This document shows positions 47,324 to 57,094 of a stretch of DNA of 64,000 bases, piece by piece. The notes beneath the pieces are model-generated. The model was not told the origin of the DNA. It saw nothing but the letters and a program-made list of their open reading frames with translations, and did not search any database. The stretch lies in the NCBI GenBank assembly GCA_035258805.1, contig DATFWY010000003.1, positions 18,839 to 82,838 on the forward strand. Direction: 5' to 3'. The DNA comes from Blastocatellia bacterium. Its GTDB lineage: Bacteria > Acidobacteriota > Blastocatellia > UBA7656. The position numbers and the translations under genes are program-made. Numbering within the stretch: the first letter of the stretch is position 1; each line of letters opens with the position of its first letter.

Positions 47324-48487
47324 TCAGCCCACTCGTAAGATCATGCACTTCAGGTAGTGCGTTTCAGGCATCGAAATCAACACCGGGTGATCTCGTGCCT
47401 GCATCCTCTTCTCAATGAGTTGAACGCTGCGGCCCGCATCGGAGGCCGCAGCGGCAATCACGTTCAAAAATGATTCCTCACTCATATGATACGAGCACGT
47501 CGACGTTATTAAAGTACCTCCCGAAACCAGCAGCTTCATTGCGCGCAGATTCAACTCTTTGTAGCCACGCGTGGCAGCCTCGATTGATGCACGGTTCTTG
47601 GCAAACGCCGGAGGGTCAAGGTTGATCACGTCGAAGCGTTCACCGGCCTGCTCCTGCTCCCGCAACCAGTCGAATGCGTTGGCTTCAATAAAATCGATAT
47701 TTGTAGCGCCGTTCAGCTCTGCGTTCTTAGTCGCACGGGCGAGCGCAGGAGCGGAAACGTCGACCGCGATAACTCGCTCCGCGGCCCTCGACATATGAAG
47801 CGCAAATGCACCTTGATAAGTAAAACAGTCTAACGCGCGGCCCCTGGCGTAGCGTCCGGCGGCAACTCGATTCTCGCGCTGATCGAGAAACGAACCTGTC
47901 TTTTGCCCATCTACCAAATCAATTCCGAGCTGCACTCCATCTTCAAAAACGACGAATTCATCCGGTTTTGAGCCATAAACCACTCCCGCCAGGCGGGGTA
48001 ATCCCTCGAGATCACGAACACGAGCTTCGTTGCGTTCAACAATGGCGCGCGGGCTGAATCGTTCTACTAACAATTCAATCCACATTTGCTTCAGTGCATC
48101 CATTCCCTGGGATAGAGTTTGAATCACGAAGCAGTCACCATACCGATCTATGATCAGCGATGGTAAGAGATCGCTCTCGCCGTAGATCATTCGAAAAGCA
48201 GTAGTGTCTCTGACGACTTCATTCCGTAACTTTTCGGCTGTGATGAGGCGCGATAGCCAAAAATCTCGGTTGACTTCAACGTCGTCGAACGAAACCATTC
48301 GGAGAGTGATCTGGGAAGTTGAACTGTAAAGCGCGTGTCCTAACACGCGACTCCGGGAATCGGTCACGCAGACAACCTCGCCTGGCTGAGCACCGCCGCG
48401 ATCCGCGACGTCGCTGGAATAAATCCAGCAGTGCCGAGCTCGAACTCGCTCAATACCCCGTTTTGTTATTGTGACCGTTGTAGCCAT
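47324..48487 (-). CDS. rlmI: 23S rRNA (cytosine-C5) methyltransferase, RlmI-like (PUA + class I SAM MTase)
   Basis: The N-terminus is a PUA-like domain (ITKRGIERVRARHCWIYSSDV). The SAM motif is ALDCFTYQGAFALH, and it has ...INLDPPAFAK. Confidence 0.75.
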   Translation of the reverse strand: MATTVTITKRGIERVRARHCWIYSSDVADRGGAQPGEVVCVTDSRSRVLGHALYSSTSQITLRMVSFDDVEVNRDFWLSRLITAEKLRNEVVRDTTAFRMIYGESDLLPSLIIDRYGDCFVIQTLSQGMDALKQMWIELLVERFSPRAIVERNEARVRDLEGLPRLAGVVYGSKPDEFVVFEDGVQLGIDLVDGQKTGSFLDQRENRVAAGRYARGRALDCFTYQGAFALHMSRAAERVIAVDVSAPALARATKNAELNGATNIDFIEANAFDWLREQEQAGERFDVINLDPPAFAKNRASIEAATRGYKELNLRAMKLLVSGGTLITSTCSYHMSEESFLNVIAAAASDAGRSVQLIEKRMQARDHPVLISMPETHYLKCMILRVG

Positions 48488-48518
48488 TGCAACGTGACTC
48501 TATGATAAGCCCTGAAGA

Positions 48519-49103
48519 ATGAAAAACGGCAGGCTTTCAAACGAAACTACAGTCTACTTAGCGCTCGGCTCGAATCTGGGTGACCGCGAGTCCAATCTCC
48601 GCGAGGCGGTCGCACAAATTGCAATGCTCGTTCTGGAAATCAATCGCAAATCATCAATTTATGAAACGGAACCAGTTGGATTCGCCGATCAAGGATGGTT
48701 TTTGAATCAGGTTATCTCCGTAGCTGTACCGGCTATTCAGTCCCAAAATCATGAAGACCGAGTAAGCGAGTGGGCCACATCATTTCTTTCCAACCTGCAA
48801 AAGATTGAGTGTGAGATGGGTCGCGAGCGGCACATTGCAAACGGACCACGCACGATTGACATTGATCTGTTGTTGTTGGGCGATGCGATTATTGGTTACT
48901 CCCAAGAGGCTACAAGGAAGGCGTTACCGGAAGCCAAAATTGTGGTTCCACATCCGCGGATGCATGAGCGACGATTCGTGCTCGAGCCGCTGTGCGAGAT
49001 CGCTCCTGGAGTTGTTCATCCCGTTTTGAATAAGACCTGCGAGCAATTGCTGGCTTCACTGCGTGATAATTCGGTAGTGCGGCTGTATGGAAGGAACGAA
49101 TAA
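48519..49103 (+). CDS. folK: 2-amino-4-hydroxy-6-hydroxymethyldihydropteridine diphosphokinase (HPPK)
   Basis: VYLALGSNLGDRESNLREA...YETEPVGF...RTIDIDLLL...PHPRMHERRFVL is the HPPK signature. Confidence 0.8.
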   Translation: MKNGRLSNETTVYLALGSNLGDRESNLREAVAQIAMLVLEINRKSSIYETEPVGFADQGWFLNQVISVAVPAIQSQNHEDRVSEWATSFLSNLQKIECEMGRERHIANGPRTIDIDLLLLGDAIIGYSQEATRKALPEAKIVVPHPRMHERRFVLEPLCEIAPGVVHPVLNKTCEQLLASLRDNSVVRLYGRNE

Positions 49104-49320
49104 AATTCGTTCAGCGTTTGGCGTTCAACGTTCAGGGTTTAGCGTTCCTGGTTTCTAGTTTCTGGTCTCATCTGCGGATAGTCAACGAACTCAGCGCGCG
49201 CTATGCCAGACCTATCCGCGGATTACGCAGATGAGATCAGGACAGAGAATTAAGCTAAACCGCGAAAGTTGAACCCTGAACGCTTAGCGGTGAACGCTGT
49301 CAAACCCTGAACGAAATTTT
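49085..49320. repeat. Composite nested palindrome between the convergent folK and sensor kinase genes
   Basis: The outer arms are GAACGAATAAAATTCGTTCAGCGTT...GGTTTAGCG and CGCTTAGCGG...GAACGAAATTTTATTCGTTC. The inner arms are TCTCATCTGCGGATAG and CTATCCGCGGATTACGCAGATGAGA. Confidence 0.75.
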
Positions 49321-51004
49321 ATTCGTTCTTCCCCGTCAGCGTGATAATCAACGACAGTAACCGGCCCATGTTTGCAGGCTTGGAGATATGCGCGTTGTAC
49401 CCCGCCGCGAGCGCAAGTTCCCGATCCTCATCGCGCGCATACCCCGTCAGGGCGATCGCCGGAACATCCTCAAGTCCGGCCGTTTCGCGCAAGGTCCGCA
49501 TCAGCTGGTAACCGTCAACATCCGGCATCCCGATATCCGAGATTATCAGGTTTGGATGTTGCTCGGTCGCTAATCTCACGCCTTCCGACGCATCGCTCGC
49601 TATGAATACGTCGCAACCAAACGTGCCGAGCCACAGCTTGAGCATATTTGAGGTGTCGAGTGAATCTTCGATGACCAGCACCCGCAATCCCAGGTCACGC
49701 TCCTCGACCTCATCAGCAACAGTTTCAGGACCAACTCGCTCAACAACAGGGGCCCGCCCATCCCTTAGCGGCAATAGAACAATGAATTTGCTTCCGCGAC
49801 CTCGACCGGTGCTCTGAGCGGCGATCCGTCCACCGTGAAGTTCGACTATCGTTCGAGTGATCGCCAGCCCCAATCCCAGACCTCCGAAGCGCCGATCCGC
49901 ACCGTCGTTCGCCTGTGTGAATCTCTCAAATATGTATGGAAGGAACTCCGGATCGATACCGATGCCAGTGTCAACGACTTCGATGATGGCGGTCTTCTGC
50001 ATATCTCGGCCGGAGTCGTCCTGTGTTAAAACAACCGTGACGCGACCACCCTCCAGTGTGAACTTTATGGCATTCCCGAGAAGGTTAGAAATTACCTGTT
50101 GGATGCGTGTCGGGTCTACAGCGCATATCATTGGGTGAGCCGGCAGCAATCTATCGATGACAACGTTGCGCGCCTCCGCCTGCGGAAGCATTTGTGACAC
50201 GGCAGTTTTTACCAGGGAGACGAGATCGGTCAACTGAGGGTCGATTTCGATCTTGTTGCTTATGATGCGCGTCAAGTCAAGAAGGTCTTTAATCAATTCG
50301 GAGAGTTGCCGCGCATTGCGCTCAATTGTGTCGATGCCCTGAGCCACAAGTGGATCTACCCCGGCGAATGGCTTTAGCAAATGCGTCCAGCCAAGTATTG
50401 GCGTAAGCGGCGTTCGTAATTCGTGCGATAGGGTCGAAAAGAATTCGTCTTTGGCCTTGTTTGCTTCGCGCAATTGATCAAGGAGCCTGGCATTTATTAT
50501 TGCAGCACTCGCCTGGGTCGCAAGAATCGCCATTGCGTCCACTTCCGTCCTGCTGTAGCGACGCACGGTGAGCGAGCCGGCGCCAATCATCCCAAACACT
50601 TTTCCCTCGCTCACCAGCGGCAACGTGACAACCGACTTGATTCCTTCCTTTTTCAATACCGGGTAGTTCGGCGATACCGAGGCAAGTACATCGATATCCT
50701 CAATAATCGAGGGAAGTTGTTTATAAATGATGTCGGAAAGCGCGGGGTCGAGCCGAGAAAGTTGGCGACCCTTGACATATTCTTCCGATAAACCGCGATG
50801 TCGGAGCAATCGCAGCTCGCCCGAATCCGTTATGTGACTAATTGCCGCCAGATCGGCACGGCAAATGACCATTGCAGCATCCACGATGGCATCGAGCGTC
50901 TCATCGATGGTGAGAGCTGAGCTTAATTTTAGAGAGAGGTTTTGCAGGCTCGTTAGCGCGCGTAGCTGCTCGCTAACGGTGCTATTGGCAGTCATATGAA
51001 TCAT
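49319..51004 (-). CDS. Hybrid sensor histidine kinase / response regulator with an N-terminal GAF-like domain
   Basis: HisKA is FFSTLSHELRTPLTPILGW. HATPase_c is NLLGNAIKFT...VVDTGIGI...GGLGLGLAI. The C-terminal REC is VLVIEDSLD...DLIISDIGMPDVDGY...TGY. Confidence 0.85.
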   Translation of the reverse strand: MIHMTANSTVSEQLRALTSLQNLSLKLSSALTIDETLDAIVDAAMVICRADLAAISHITDSGELRLLRHRGLSEEYVKGRQLSRLDPALSDIIYKQLPSIIEDIDVLASVSPNYPVLKKEGIKSVVTLPLVSEGKVFGMIGAGSLTVRRYSRTEVDAMAILATQASAAIINARLLDQLREANKAKDEFFSTLSHELRTPLTPILGWTHLLKPFAGVDPLVAQGIDTIERNARQLSELIKDLLDLTRIISNKIEIDPQLTDLVSLVKTAVSQMLPQAEARNVVIDRLLPAHPMICAVDPTRIQQVISNLLGNAIKFTLEGGRVTVVLTQDDSGRDMQKTAIIEVVDTGIGIDPEFLPYIFERFTQANDGADRRFGGLGLGLAITRTIVELHGGRIAAQSTGRGRGSKFIVLLPLRDGRAPVVERVGPETVADEVEERDLGLRVLVIEDSLDTSNMLKLWLGTFGCDVFIASDASEGVRLATEQHPNLIISDIGMPDVDGYQLMRTLRETAGLEDVPAIALTGYARDEDRELALAAGYNAHISKPANMGRLLSLIITLTGKNE

Positions 51005-51115
51005 TCCTCAAAGACGCATTTTCTTTTGAGTGCACGAATCTTACACGAATCATTACTGCACTCGCAAAGATCGTTGGTGCTATAATCTGGCCTTTCTGCA
51101 GGTTTGAAATTACAA

Positions 51116-52492
51116 ATGGACAGCGCGCTGACACTGGATCGAATCCACTTCGCTTTTACCGTCACCTACCATTACCTCTTTCCTCAGTTAACGATGGGCC
51201 TCGCGTTGCTGATCCTGGTACTGAAGACGATCGCGATCCGCAAAAACGATGATCGATACAATCGAGCGGCGCGTTTCTGGGCTCGAATCTTCGCAGTGAA
51301 TTTCGTGTTTGGAGTAATAACCGGAGTGCCGATGGAGTTCCAATTCGGTACAAATTGGGCAAGATTCTCAAAGTTCGCCGGGGGAGTGATCGGGCAAACG
51401 TTGGCGATGGAAGGTGTCTTTGCATTCTTCCTGGAGTCATCATTTTTGGGACTCTTTCTGTTCGGCGAAAAGCGACTAGGCCGAATCGGACACTGGTTTG
51501 CCTCGTTTATGGTTTTCCTTGGTTCGTGGCTTTCAGGCTACTTCATTGTTGCTACCGATGCGTGGATGCAACGGCCAGTAGGTTACGCTGTTGCAAGCGA
51601 CGGTTCGGTACATCTAAGCAGTTTTTGGGCGCTGCTTCTGAACGAGTGGGCGTTTTGGCAGTACCTCCACACGATGAGCGGAGCAGTCATCACTGGCGCT
51701 TTCGTGATGGCCGCTCTCGGAGCGTTCTATGTCCTGAGCAACAAGCAGATTGAGTATGGGAGAATGTTCGTCAGCGTAGGCGTGATAGTCGGAGCTATTG
51801 CTTCTATCTTTCAAATGTTTCCGAGCGGCGATAAGCAGGGCAAGTTGGTCGCTTTCAATCAACCGGTCACCCTTGCGGCGATGGAAGGATTATTTAAGAC
51901 CGAAGCGGGAGCGCCGGTGGTGATAATCGGTCAACCGAACACCGCCGAGCAGAAACTGGATAATCCCATCAGCGTCCCGTACGTGCTGAGCTTCCTGACT
52001 TATAGACGCTGGGAGACCGAGGTCAAGGGACTCGATGCTTTTCCGAGGGATCAGTGGCCCGACAACATTCCTCTCCTTTATTACAGTTATCACATTATGG
52101 TCGGGCTCGGCACAATCTTTATTGCCATTGCGGTCCTGTCGGTTTTGCTTCTGTGGCAACGGAGGCTATTTCAGTCGCCCTGGTTGTTATGGATCCTGAT
52201 GTTAAGCGCTCCTTTCCCATACATCGCCAATACCGCTGGATGGATAACCGCGGAGATCGGACGTCAGCCCTGGTTGATCTATGGACTAATGCGGACACAC
52301 GAAGGATTCTCGCCAACAGTGTCTTCCGGAAACGTAATGTTCACATTACTCGGATTCATGGGCATGTACTTCGTGCTCGGGATCCTGTTCCTGTATTTGA
52401 TCTGGCGCGAGGTCGAGCATGGACCTACGACCCTTGTCTCTGAACCTGAAACAAATGCGGAGGCGGCAATAGCGGGAAAGGCACTGGAGTAG
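51116..52492 (+). CDS. cydA: Cytochrome bd ubiquinol oxidase subunit I
   Basis: LDRIHFAFTVTYHYLFPQLTMGLALL...WAR..FAVNFVFGVITG is the CydA N-terminus. I chose the ATG at 51116 over the TTG at 51104. Confidence 0.85.
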   Translation: MDSALTLDRIHFAFTVTYHYLFPQLTMGLALLILVLKTIAIRKNDDRYNRAARFWARIFAVNFVFGVITGVPMEFQFGTNWARFSKFAGGVIGQTLAMEGVFAFFLESSFLGLFLFGEKRLGRIGHWFASFMVFLGSWLSGYFIVATDAWMQRPVGYAVASDGSVHLSSFWALLLNEWAFWQYLHTMSGAVITGAFVMAALGAFYVLSNKQIEYGRMFVSVGVIVGAIASIFQMFPSGDKQGKLVAFNQPVTLAAMEGLFKTEAGAPVVIIGQPNTAEQKLDNPISVPYVLSFLTYRRWETEVKGLDAFPRDQWPDNIPLLYYSYHIMVGLGTIFIAIAVLSVLLLWQRRLFQSPWLLWILMLSAPFPYIANTAGWITAEIGRQPWLIYGLMRTHEGFSPTVSSGNVMFTLLGFMGMYFVLGILFLYLIWREVEHGPTTLVSEPETNAEAAIAGKALE

Positions 52493-52496
52493 CAGA

Positions 52497-53540
52497 ATGG
52501 AAGCGCTTTGGTTTGTACTTGTGGGCTTTATGATTGTTGGGTACGTGGTGCTCGACGGTTTTGATCTGGGCGCCGGAACGATTCATTTCATTGCTGCAAA
52601 GACGGACGCTGAACGGCGCACGGTCCTCGCTGCGATCGGACCATATTGGGATGGCAACGAAGTTTGGCTCTTAGCCGCAGGCGGCACGCTCTATTTCGCT
52701 TTTCCGACGCTGTATGCATCCAGCTTTAGCGGCTTTTATCTGCCGCTGATGATGGTGCTCTGGCTCTTAATCCTGCGAGGCATTGGGATCGAGCTTCGGT
52801 CGCATGGTAAAACACCGTTGTGGCGGGCGTTTTTCGATTTCGTCTTTTCGGTCTCCAGTGCTCTTCTTGCGATCTTCTTCGGAGCGGCGTTAGGGAATGT
52901 AATCCGGGGCGTACCACTCAATGCCGAGCGGTACTTTTTTGAACCTCTCTGGACGGACTTCACAGTAAGCGCCAACCCTGGGATTCTGGATTGGTACACG
53001 GTACTGACCGGACTGATGGGGCTTGCAACCCTGGCCTCGCACGGCGCGCTCTACATAGCTACGAAGACGGAAGGTGAAGTACTCACTCGTGCACGTCGAA
53101 TCGCCTCAATTTCGTGGTGGGCGGTAGGCGCTCTAACTATCATCGCCCTGTTAGCTACCTTAAGGGTTCGACCTCAAATCCTCGACAATTATCGGACCAG
53201 CTTTGCGGGCATTGTTTTTCCTTTAATAGTCATCCTTGCGCTTTTCGGAATGCTTTCATTCCGAGCGAAACAAAATGATAAGGCAGCGTTCGTTTCTTCG
53301 TGCGCTTACATAGTGGGAATGCTAGGCGGCGTGGCGTATGCAATGTATCCGGTTCTACTGCCGGCGACCACCGATCCCGCATACGCGATAACCGTGCACA
53401 ACGCCGCTGCCGCGAGCTATGGCCTAAAGGTTGGAGCGGTATGGTGGACCCTTGGAATGGCGATCGCGTCGGGCTATTTCATCTATCTTTATCGATCTTT
53501 CAAAGGAAAGGTGAGGCTTGAAGGTGAGGGCCACGGATGA
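52497..53540 (+). CDS. cydB: Cytochrome bd ubiquinol oxidase subunit II
   Basis: WFVLVGFMIVGYVVLDGFDLGAG...YWDGNEVWLL is the CydB signature. The start is 5 nt after the cydA stop. Confidence 0.85.
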   Translation: MEALWFVLVGFMIVGYVVLDGFDLGAGTIHFIAAKTDAERRTVLAAIGPYWDGNEVWLLAAGGTLYFAFPTLYASSFSGFYLPLMMVLWLLILRGIGIELRSHGKTPLWRAFFDFVFSVSSALLAIFFGAALGNVIRGVPLNAERYFFEPLWTDFTVSANPGILDWYTVLTGLMGLATLASHGALYIATKTEGEVLTRARRIASISWWAVGALTIIALLATLRVRPQILDNYRTSFAGIVFPLIVILALFGMLSFRAKQNDKAAFVSSCAYIVGMLGGVAYAMYPVLLPATTDPAYAITVHNAAAASYGLKVGAVWWTLGMAIASGYFIYLYRSFKGKVRLEGEGHG

Positions 53541-53653
53541 AAACACGCATCGTCTTAGCGTCTTAGCGAGAACCCTGGCGATCAGTGATGCACTTTGACT
53601 AATCAATTGCTGACGTCATAAATTCAACAGCATCTATTTAGTGGGAGAATCCA

Positions 53654-55042
53654 ATGTACTTCAAACAATTTTATCTCGGGTGCCTCGCGCACGCGTCGTA
53701 CCTGATCGGTTCAGAAGGCGAAGCAGCGGTTGTAGATCCGCAGCGCGATGTTGATCAATACATCATTGAAGCCGAAGCCCAGGGCTTTAAGATAAAGCAC
53801 ATCATCGAAACGCATCTGCACGCCGATTTCGTCAGCGGGCATCAGGAGCTCGCGGCGCGCACCCGCGCGGACATCGTGTTCGGCCCAGAGTCCGGCGCGA
53901 CGTTCCCACATCGCTCAGTAAGCGATGGCGATGAGATCGCGATGGGACGAGTAACGCTGCGGTTTCTAGCAACTCCTGGCCATACGCCGGAAAGCATTTC
54001 AATCCTGGTGATCGACGGCGACCTATCATCCGAACCTCAAAAAGTGCTGACCGGCGACGCTTTGTTTATCGGCGACGTTGGGCGTCCGGATCTGGCTGGA
54101 GGACGCGGGTACACCGCCGAGCAAATGGCCGCGATGCTGTACGACAGCCTGCACGACAAACTAATGAAGCTTGATGATTCTGTTGAGGTATTTCCGGCAC
54201 ACGGCGCCGGCTCGATGTGTGGCCGCAATATTTCGAAAGAGACTTCATCAACTATCGGCCAACAGCGACGCTTCAATTATGCTCTCAGGCCGATGTCCAA
54301 GGCGGACTTTGTTAGTATGATGACCGTCGATCTGCCCGAAGCACCATCCTACTTTCCCCGCGATGCGGAGATTAACAGAACGGGCGCCGCAACTCTCGAA
54401 GCATTGCCGCGGCTTAAAGAGCTTTCCCCAAAGGAAGTGGACGAGCTTTCAAAAAAAGGACACGTCCTTCTCGACGTGCGCCCATCGGCGGCATTCGGCA
54501 ATGCACACATTCCGGGCGCAATCAATATCGGCCTCAGCGGGCAGTTCGCTTCCTGGTGCGGAATCCTCCTAGCTATGGAAACACCGATAGTCTTGATTGC
54601 CGATCGTCAGGATGCGATTGATGAAGGGGTAATGAGGCTCGCGCGCGTCGGCATCGAAAGCGTAGTCGGATACCTGGCAGGCGGGATGCGCGAATGGGAC
54701 CGGGCTGGATTCGAAACCAAACAAATCTCCCAAATGCCGGTGGATGAGCTGTATCATCGCCGCGAGAGCGACGCGCCGCTTGGAATCATAGATGTTCGTC
54801 GCCCTGGCGAGTATGCCGATGGCCACGTACCAGGTGCGATTAATCTGACGCTTTCGAATCTCGAAAAAGAATTCTCTGGATTGGAGCCGAAGGATCCCAT
54901 CGCGGTTATTTGCGCCAGCGGATATCGTTCGAGCGCGGCCACCAGCATTCTCGAACGGCATGGTTTCACCGAGGTTTACAACATAGTTGGTGGAACCAAC
55001 GGGTGGGTGAGCGCCGGCTTTCCAATCGAAAAGCCCATGTAG
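53654..55042 (+). CDS. Persulfide dioxygenase (ETHE1-like MBL fold) fused to two rhodanese domains
   Basis: ETHLHADFVSGH is the MBL HxHxDH motif. The two rhodanese modules have active-site loops CGRN... and CASGYRSSAA (CxxGxR). Confidence 0.8.
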   Translation: MYFKQFYLGCLAHASYLIGSEGEAAVVDPQRDVDQYIIEAEAQGFKIKHIIETHLHADFVSGHQELAARTRADIVFGPESGATFPHRSVSDGDEIAMGRVTLRFLATPGHTPESISILVIDGDLSSEPQKVLTGDALFIGDVGRPDLAGGRGYTAEQMAAMLYDSLHDKLMKLDDSVEVFPAHGAGSMCGRNISKETSSTIGQQRRFNYALRPMSKADFVSMMTVDLPEAPSYFPRDAEINRTGAATLEALPRLKELSPKEVDELSKKGHVLLDVRPSAAFGNAHIPGAINIGLSGQFASWCGILLAMETPIVLIADRQDAIDEGVMRLARVGIESVVGYLAGGMREWDRAGFETKQISQMPVDELYHRRESDAPLGIIDVRRPGEYADGHVPGAINLTLSNLEKEFSGLEPKDPIAVICASGYRSSAATSILERHGFTEVYNIVGGTNGWVSAGFPIEKPM

Positions 55043-55110
55043 TAACGGATTTATTCGTTTGCGTGAGACCAACCTAATTACGAATCAGAACCAATAAATT
55101 CGTTACTACG
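55042..55110. repeat. Palindrome GTAACGGATTTATTCGTT...AATAAATTCGTTAC between convergent genes
   Basis: Read directly. It shares the ACGAATAAATTCGT word with the 39403 and 49085 elements. It is a likely bidirectional terminator. Confidence 0.7.
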
Positions 55111-55142
55111 TCGAAAACATGGTCTTTCTTCAGGCTGAGCAG

Positions 55143-56432
55143 TTATTTCCCTGGCTCTTTGGTAGCCTGCGTCGGCGTGGCCTTAAGTTTCTCCAGAGCG
55201 CTCAATGTCTTGCGCCAATCATCTCTGTCCCGCTTGGCGAAAACGGGCGCATTCAAATCGCCGAAGAAAGACAGGATGTTCTGCCGCAAATCAGCAGTCA
55301 CATACTCAAATTGCTTATCGGCGAGCTTGGTCACCAACTTTGCATAAGTTTCGTCCGCAAGTTTGTACTCGCCGGCCCGTGTCGCTTCTCCGGTATCGAA
55401 GTCTTTGTTTTGTAGATCAAGCCTTCCGGCATCCGCTCTACCAAGCAACGTGCGATAAAGCTCGAGCGTAGCGTTTACGCTTTCAAGATACATTCGCTCG
55501 GCCTCGGGAGTCGGAGGTTTGAACGACAGCGTCTTCAATGGTCCCACCTTCGGGACAATGCGCACGAGAAACGCGAGAGTCTTTGCTAATGCTCCTGGTT
55601 TTTCGTACTGATTGCCGTACTCTTTTTCGTACTCGGCCCTCGAAACTCGGTAGAGAAACTTCTCTCGAGTAATCCCTGGATTATTCTTTTCGATTTCGTC
55701 CTTTTTGGTCTGCCAAGCCACCCTGGTCATCTCAGGAATTACCGTGCTTACCGCGCGACGATAGGTACCGAGCGCTAAATCAATATTGGTGAAAACGTCC
55801 TTGATCTCGAGGCCATAGGTTTTCTTGAATGCGCGCTCGAGCACCGGCTTGGATACTTTGAACCCTATGAAATCGCGATAGGCATCGGATGCGTAGCGGC
55901 CGCGGGCCATCTGGACAACGTCGAACCCGAACTCCGTCCTTAAGTGAGCGGTCGGATCTTCGACGTACGTCACCTTGTCACCATAACGGACTCGTAGTTT
56001 TGGATACAGAATTGGAACAGCTCGATTAACCGCGATCGAATGCCCATTGTTGTCGGCTGCGTAGTGAGCCAGCGCTCCTATTGCGAATGCGTACTCATTC
56101 AGCTCCTGAGCCTCACTAATCAATACTTCAAGGAAATCGCCGCTTCGGACGTAGTGTGCGAGATCAGTGAAGAACTTGCTGCCGAAGGGATAGTAGCCCA
56201 TATCCTGAATGATCGCTCCGCCGTAAGCATACGCGTGGGCGTCCCGCAGCTGTTCAGCGGTCGCCTGCGGATATCGCTTTAAGAGAAGGGGCTTAATCGA
56301 GTTATCCCACGACGAATCAATGATCGATTGGTGAGTTAATACAGAATAACCAGGAGCTATCTGGCTTAAACAGAGCACTATCAATGATGTTACAACGATG
56401 TGCAGAAATTTCGTGAATGGTCTTCTGTTCAT
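55143..56432 (-). CDS. Secreted zinc-dependent phospholipase C / S1-P1 nuclease superfamily-like protein
   Basis: There is a signal peptide. The N-terminal YSVLTHQSI resembles W/Y...H. FAIGALAHYAADNNGHS resembles the PLC motif LGxxxHYxxDxxxPxH. Confidence 0.45.
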   Translation of the reverse strand: MNRRPFTKFLHIVVTSLIVLCLSQIAPGYSVLTHQSIIDSSWDNSIKPLLLKRYPQATAEQLRDAHAYAYGGAIIQDMGYYPFGSKFFTDLAHYVRSGDFLEVLISEAQELNEYAFAIGALAHYAADNNGHSIAVNRAVPILYPKLRVRYGDKVTYVEDPTAHLRTEFGFDVVQMARGRYASDAYRDFIGFKVSKPVLERAFKKTYGLEIKDVFTNIDLALGTYRRAVSTVIPEMTRVAWQTKKDEIEKNNPGITREKFLYRVSRAEYEKEYGNQYEKPGALAKTLAFLVRIVPKVGPLKTLSFKPPTPEAERMYLESVNATLELYRTLLGRADAGRLDLQNKDFDTGEATRAGEYKLADETYAKLVTKLADKQFEYVTADLRQNILSFFGDLNAPVFAKRDRDDWRKTLSALEKLKATPTQATKEPGK

Positions 56433-56947
56433 GATGAGCTCCTGTTAAACGTATTCACAACGTGCAGCCTGGGGCTTCGATTCGTCTCGATTAAAGACAT
56501 ATCGCTTTGTCCGACATACTTCCGTTTGTCTGTTTTTCTCGCAATATCGTCACGCCTCGTCACATCCAGCGCACGAAACCAATCTTAGGCAACCTCAGTG
56601 CCGATGTATTCGATCGAGTAACTCGGTACGGCAATCGTTAGGCGAGCTTGCCCGGGTAGCTAATTGGAGCTATCGTGTGGACGAATTGGAAGGAGTAAAG
56701 TTCCTCTTGGACCTGAGTCGGAGACTTGGCTCCTCAGCAGTACAGGTGCTTGTATGTTTGAAATGGCCAAACGTTTTCTGACGCAATTTTTCGCACGCTC
56801 ACCACGCAACGAAGGTAAGCAAGATGACCCGCCGGATGATCGTGATGCGGGAATACCAGTCCGCGTCAGACGGGGTCCTCCGGATCGCGGTTCGGTGGTC
56901 GCAGTAGCGGAACCGGATGATGACTAAGTATCAGCTCACGTATTAAC

Positions 56948-57058
56948 GACTTCGATGTAACGTAGACTGTCCGGTCTGCGGATTGTGGCAACAAAATCTA
57001 GCTTTTAAAGGTATGGGGTTCCTCAGCAGACCGGACAGTCTACGGTACATCTGAAGTC
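56948..57058. repeat. Palindromic repeat family A, copy 3 (~32-bp inverted arms, 46-bp loop)
   Basis: GACTTCGATGTAACGTAGACTGTCCGGTCTGC ... GCAGACCGGACAGTCTACGGTACATCTGAAGTC. Confidence 0.8.
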
Positions 57059-57094
57059 GTTTCTACGTGAAGGAATAAAATGAAGATGCTCGGC

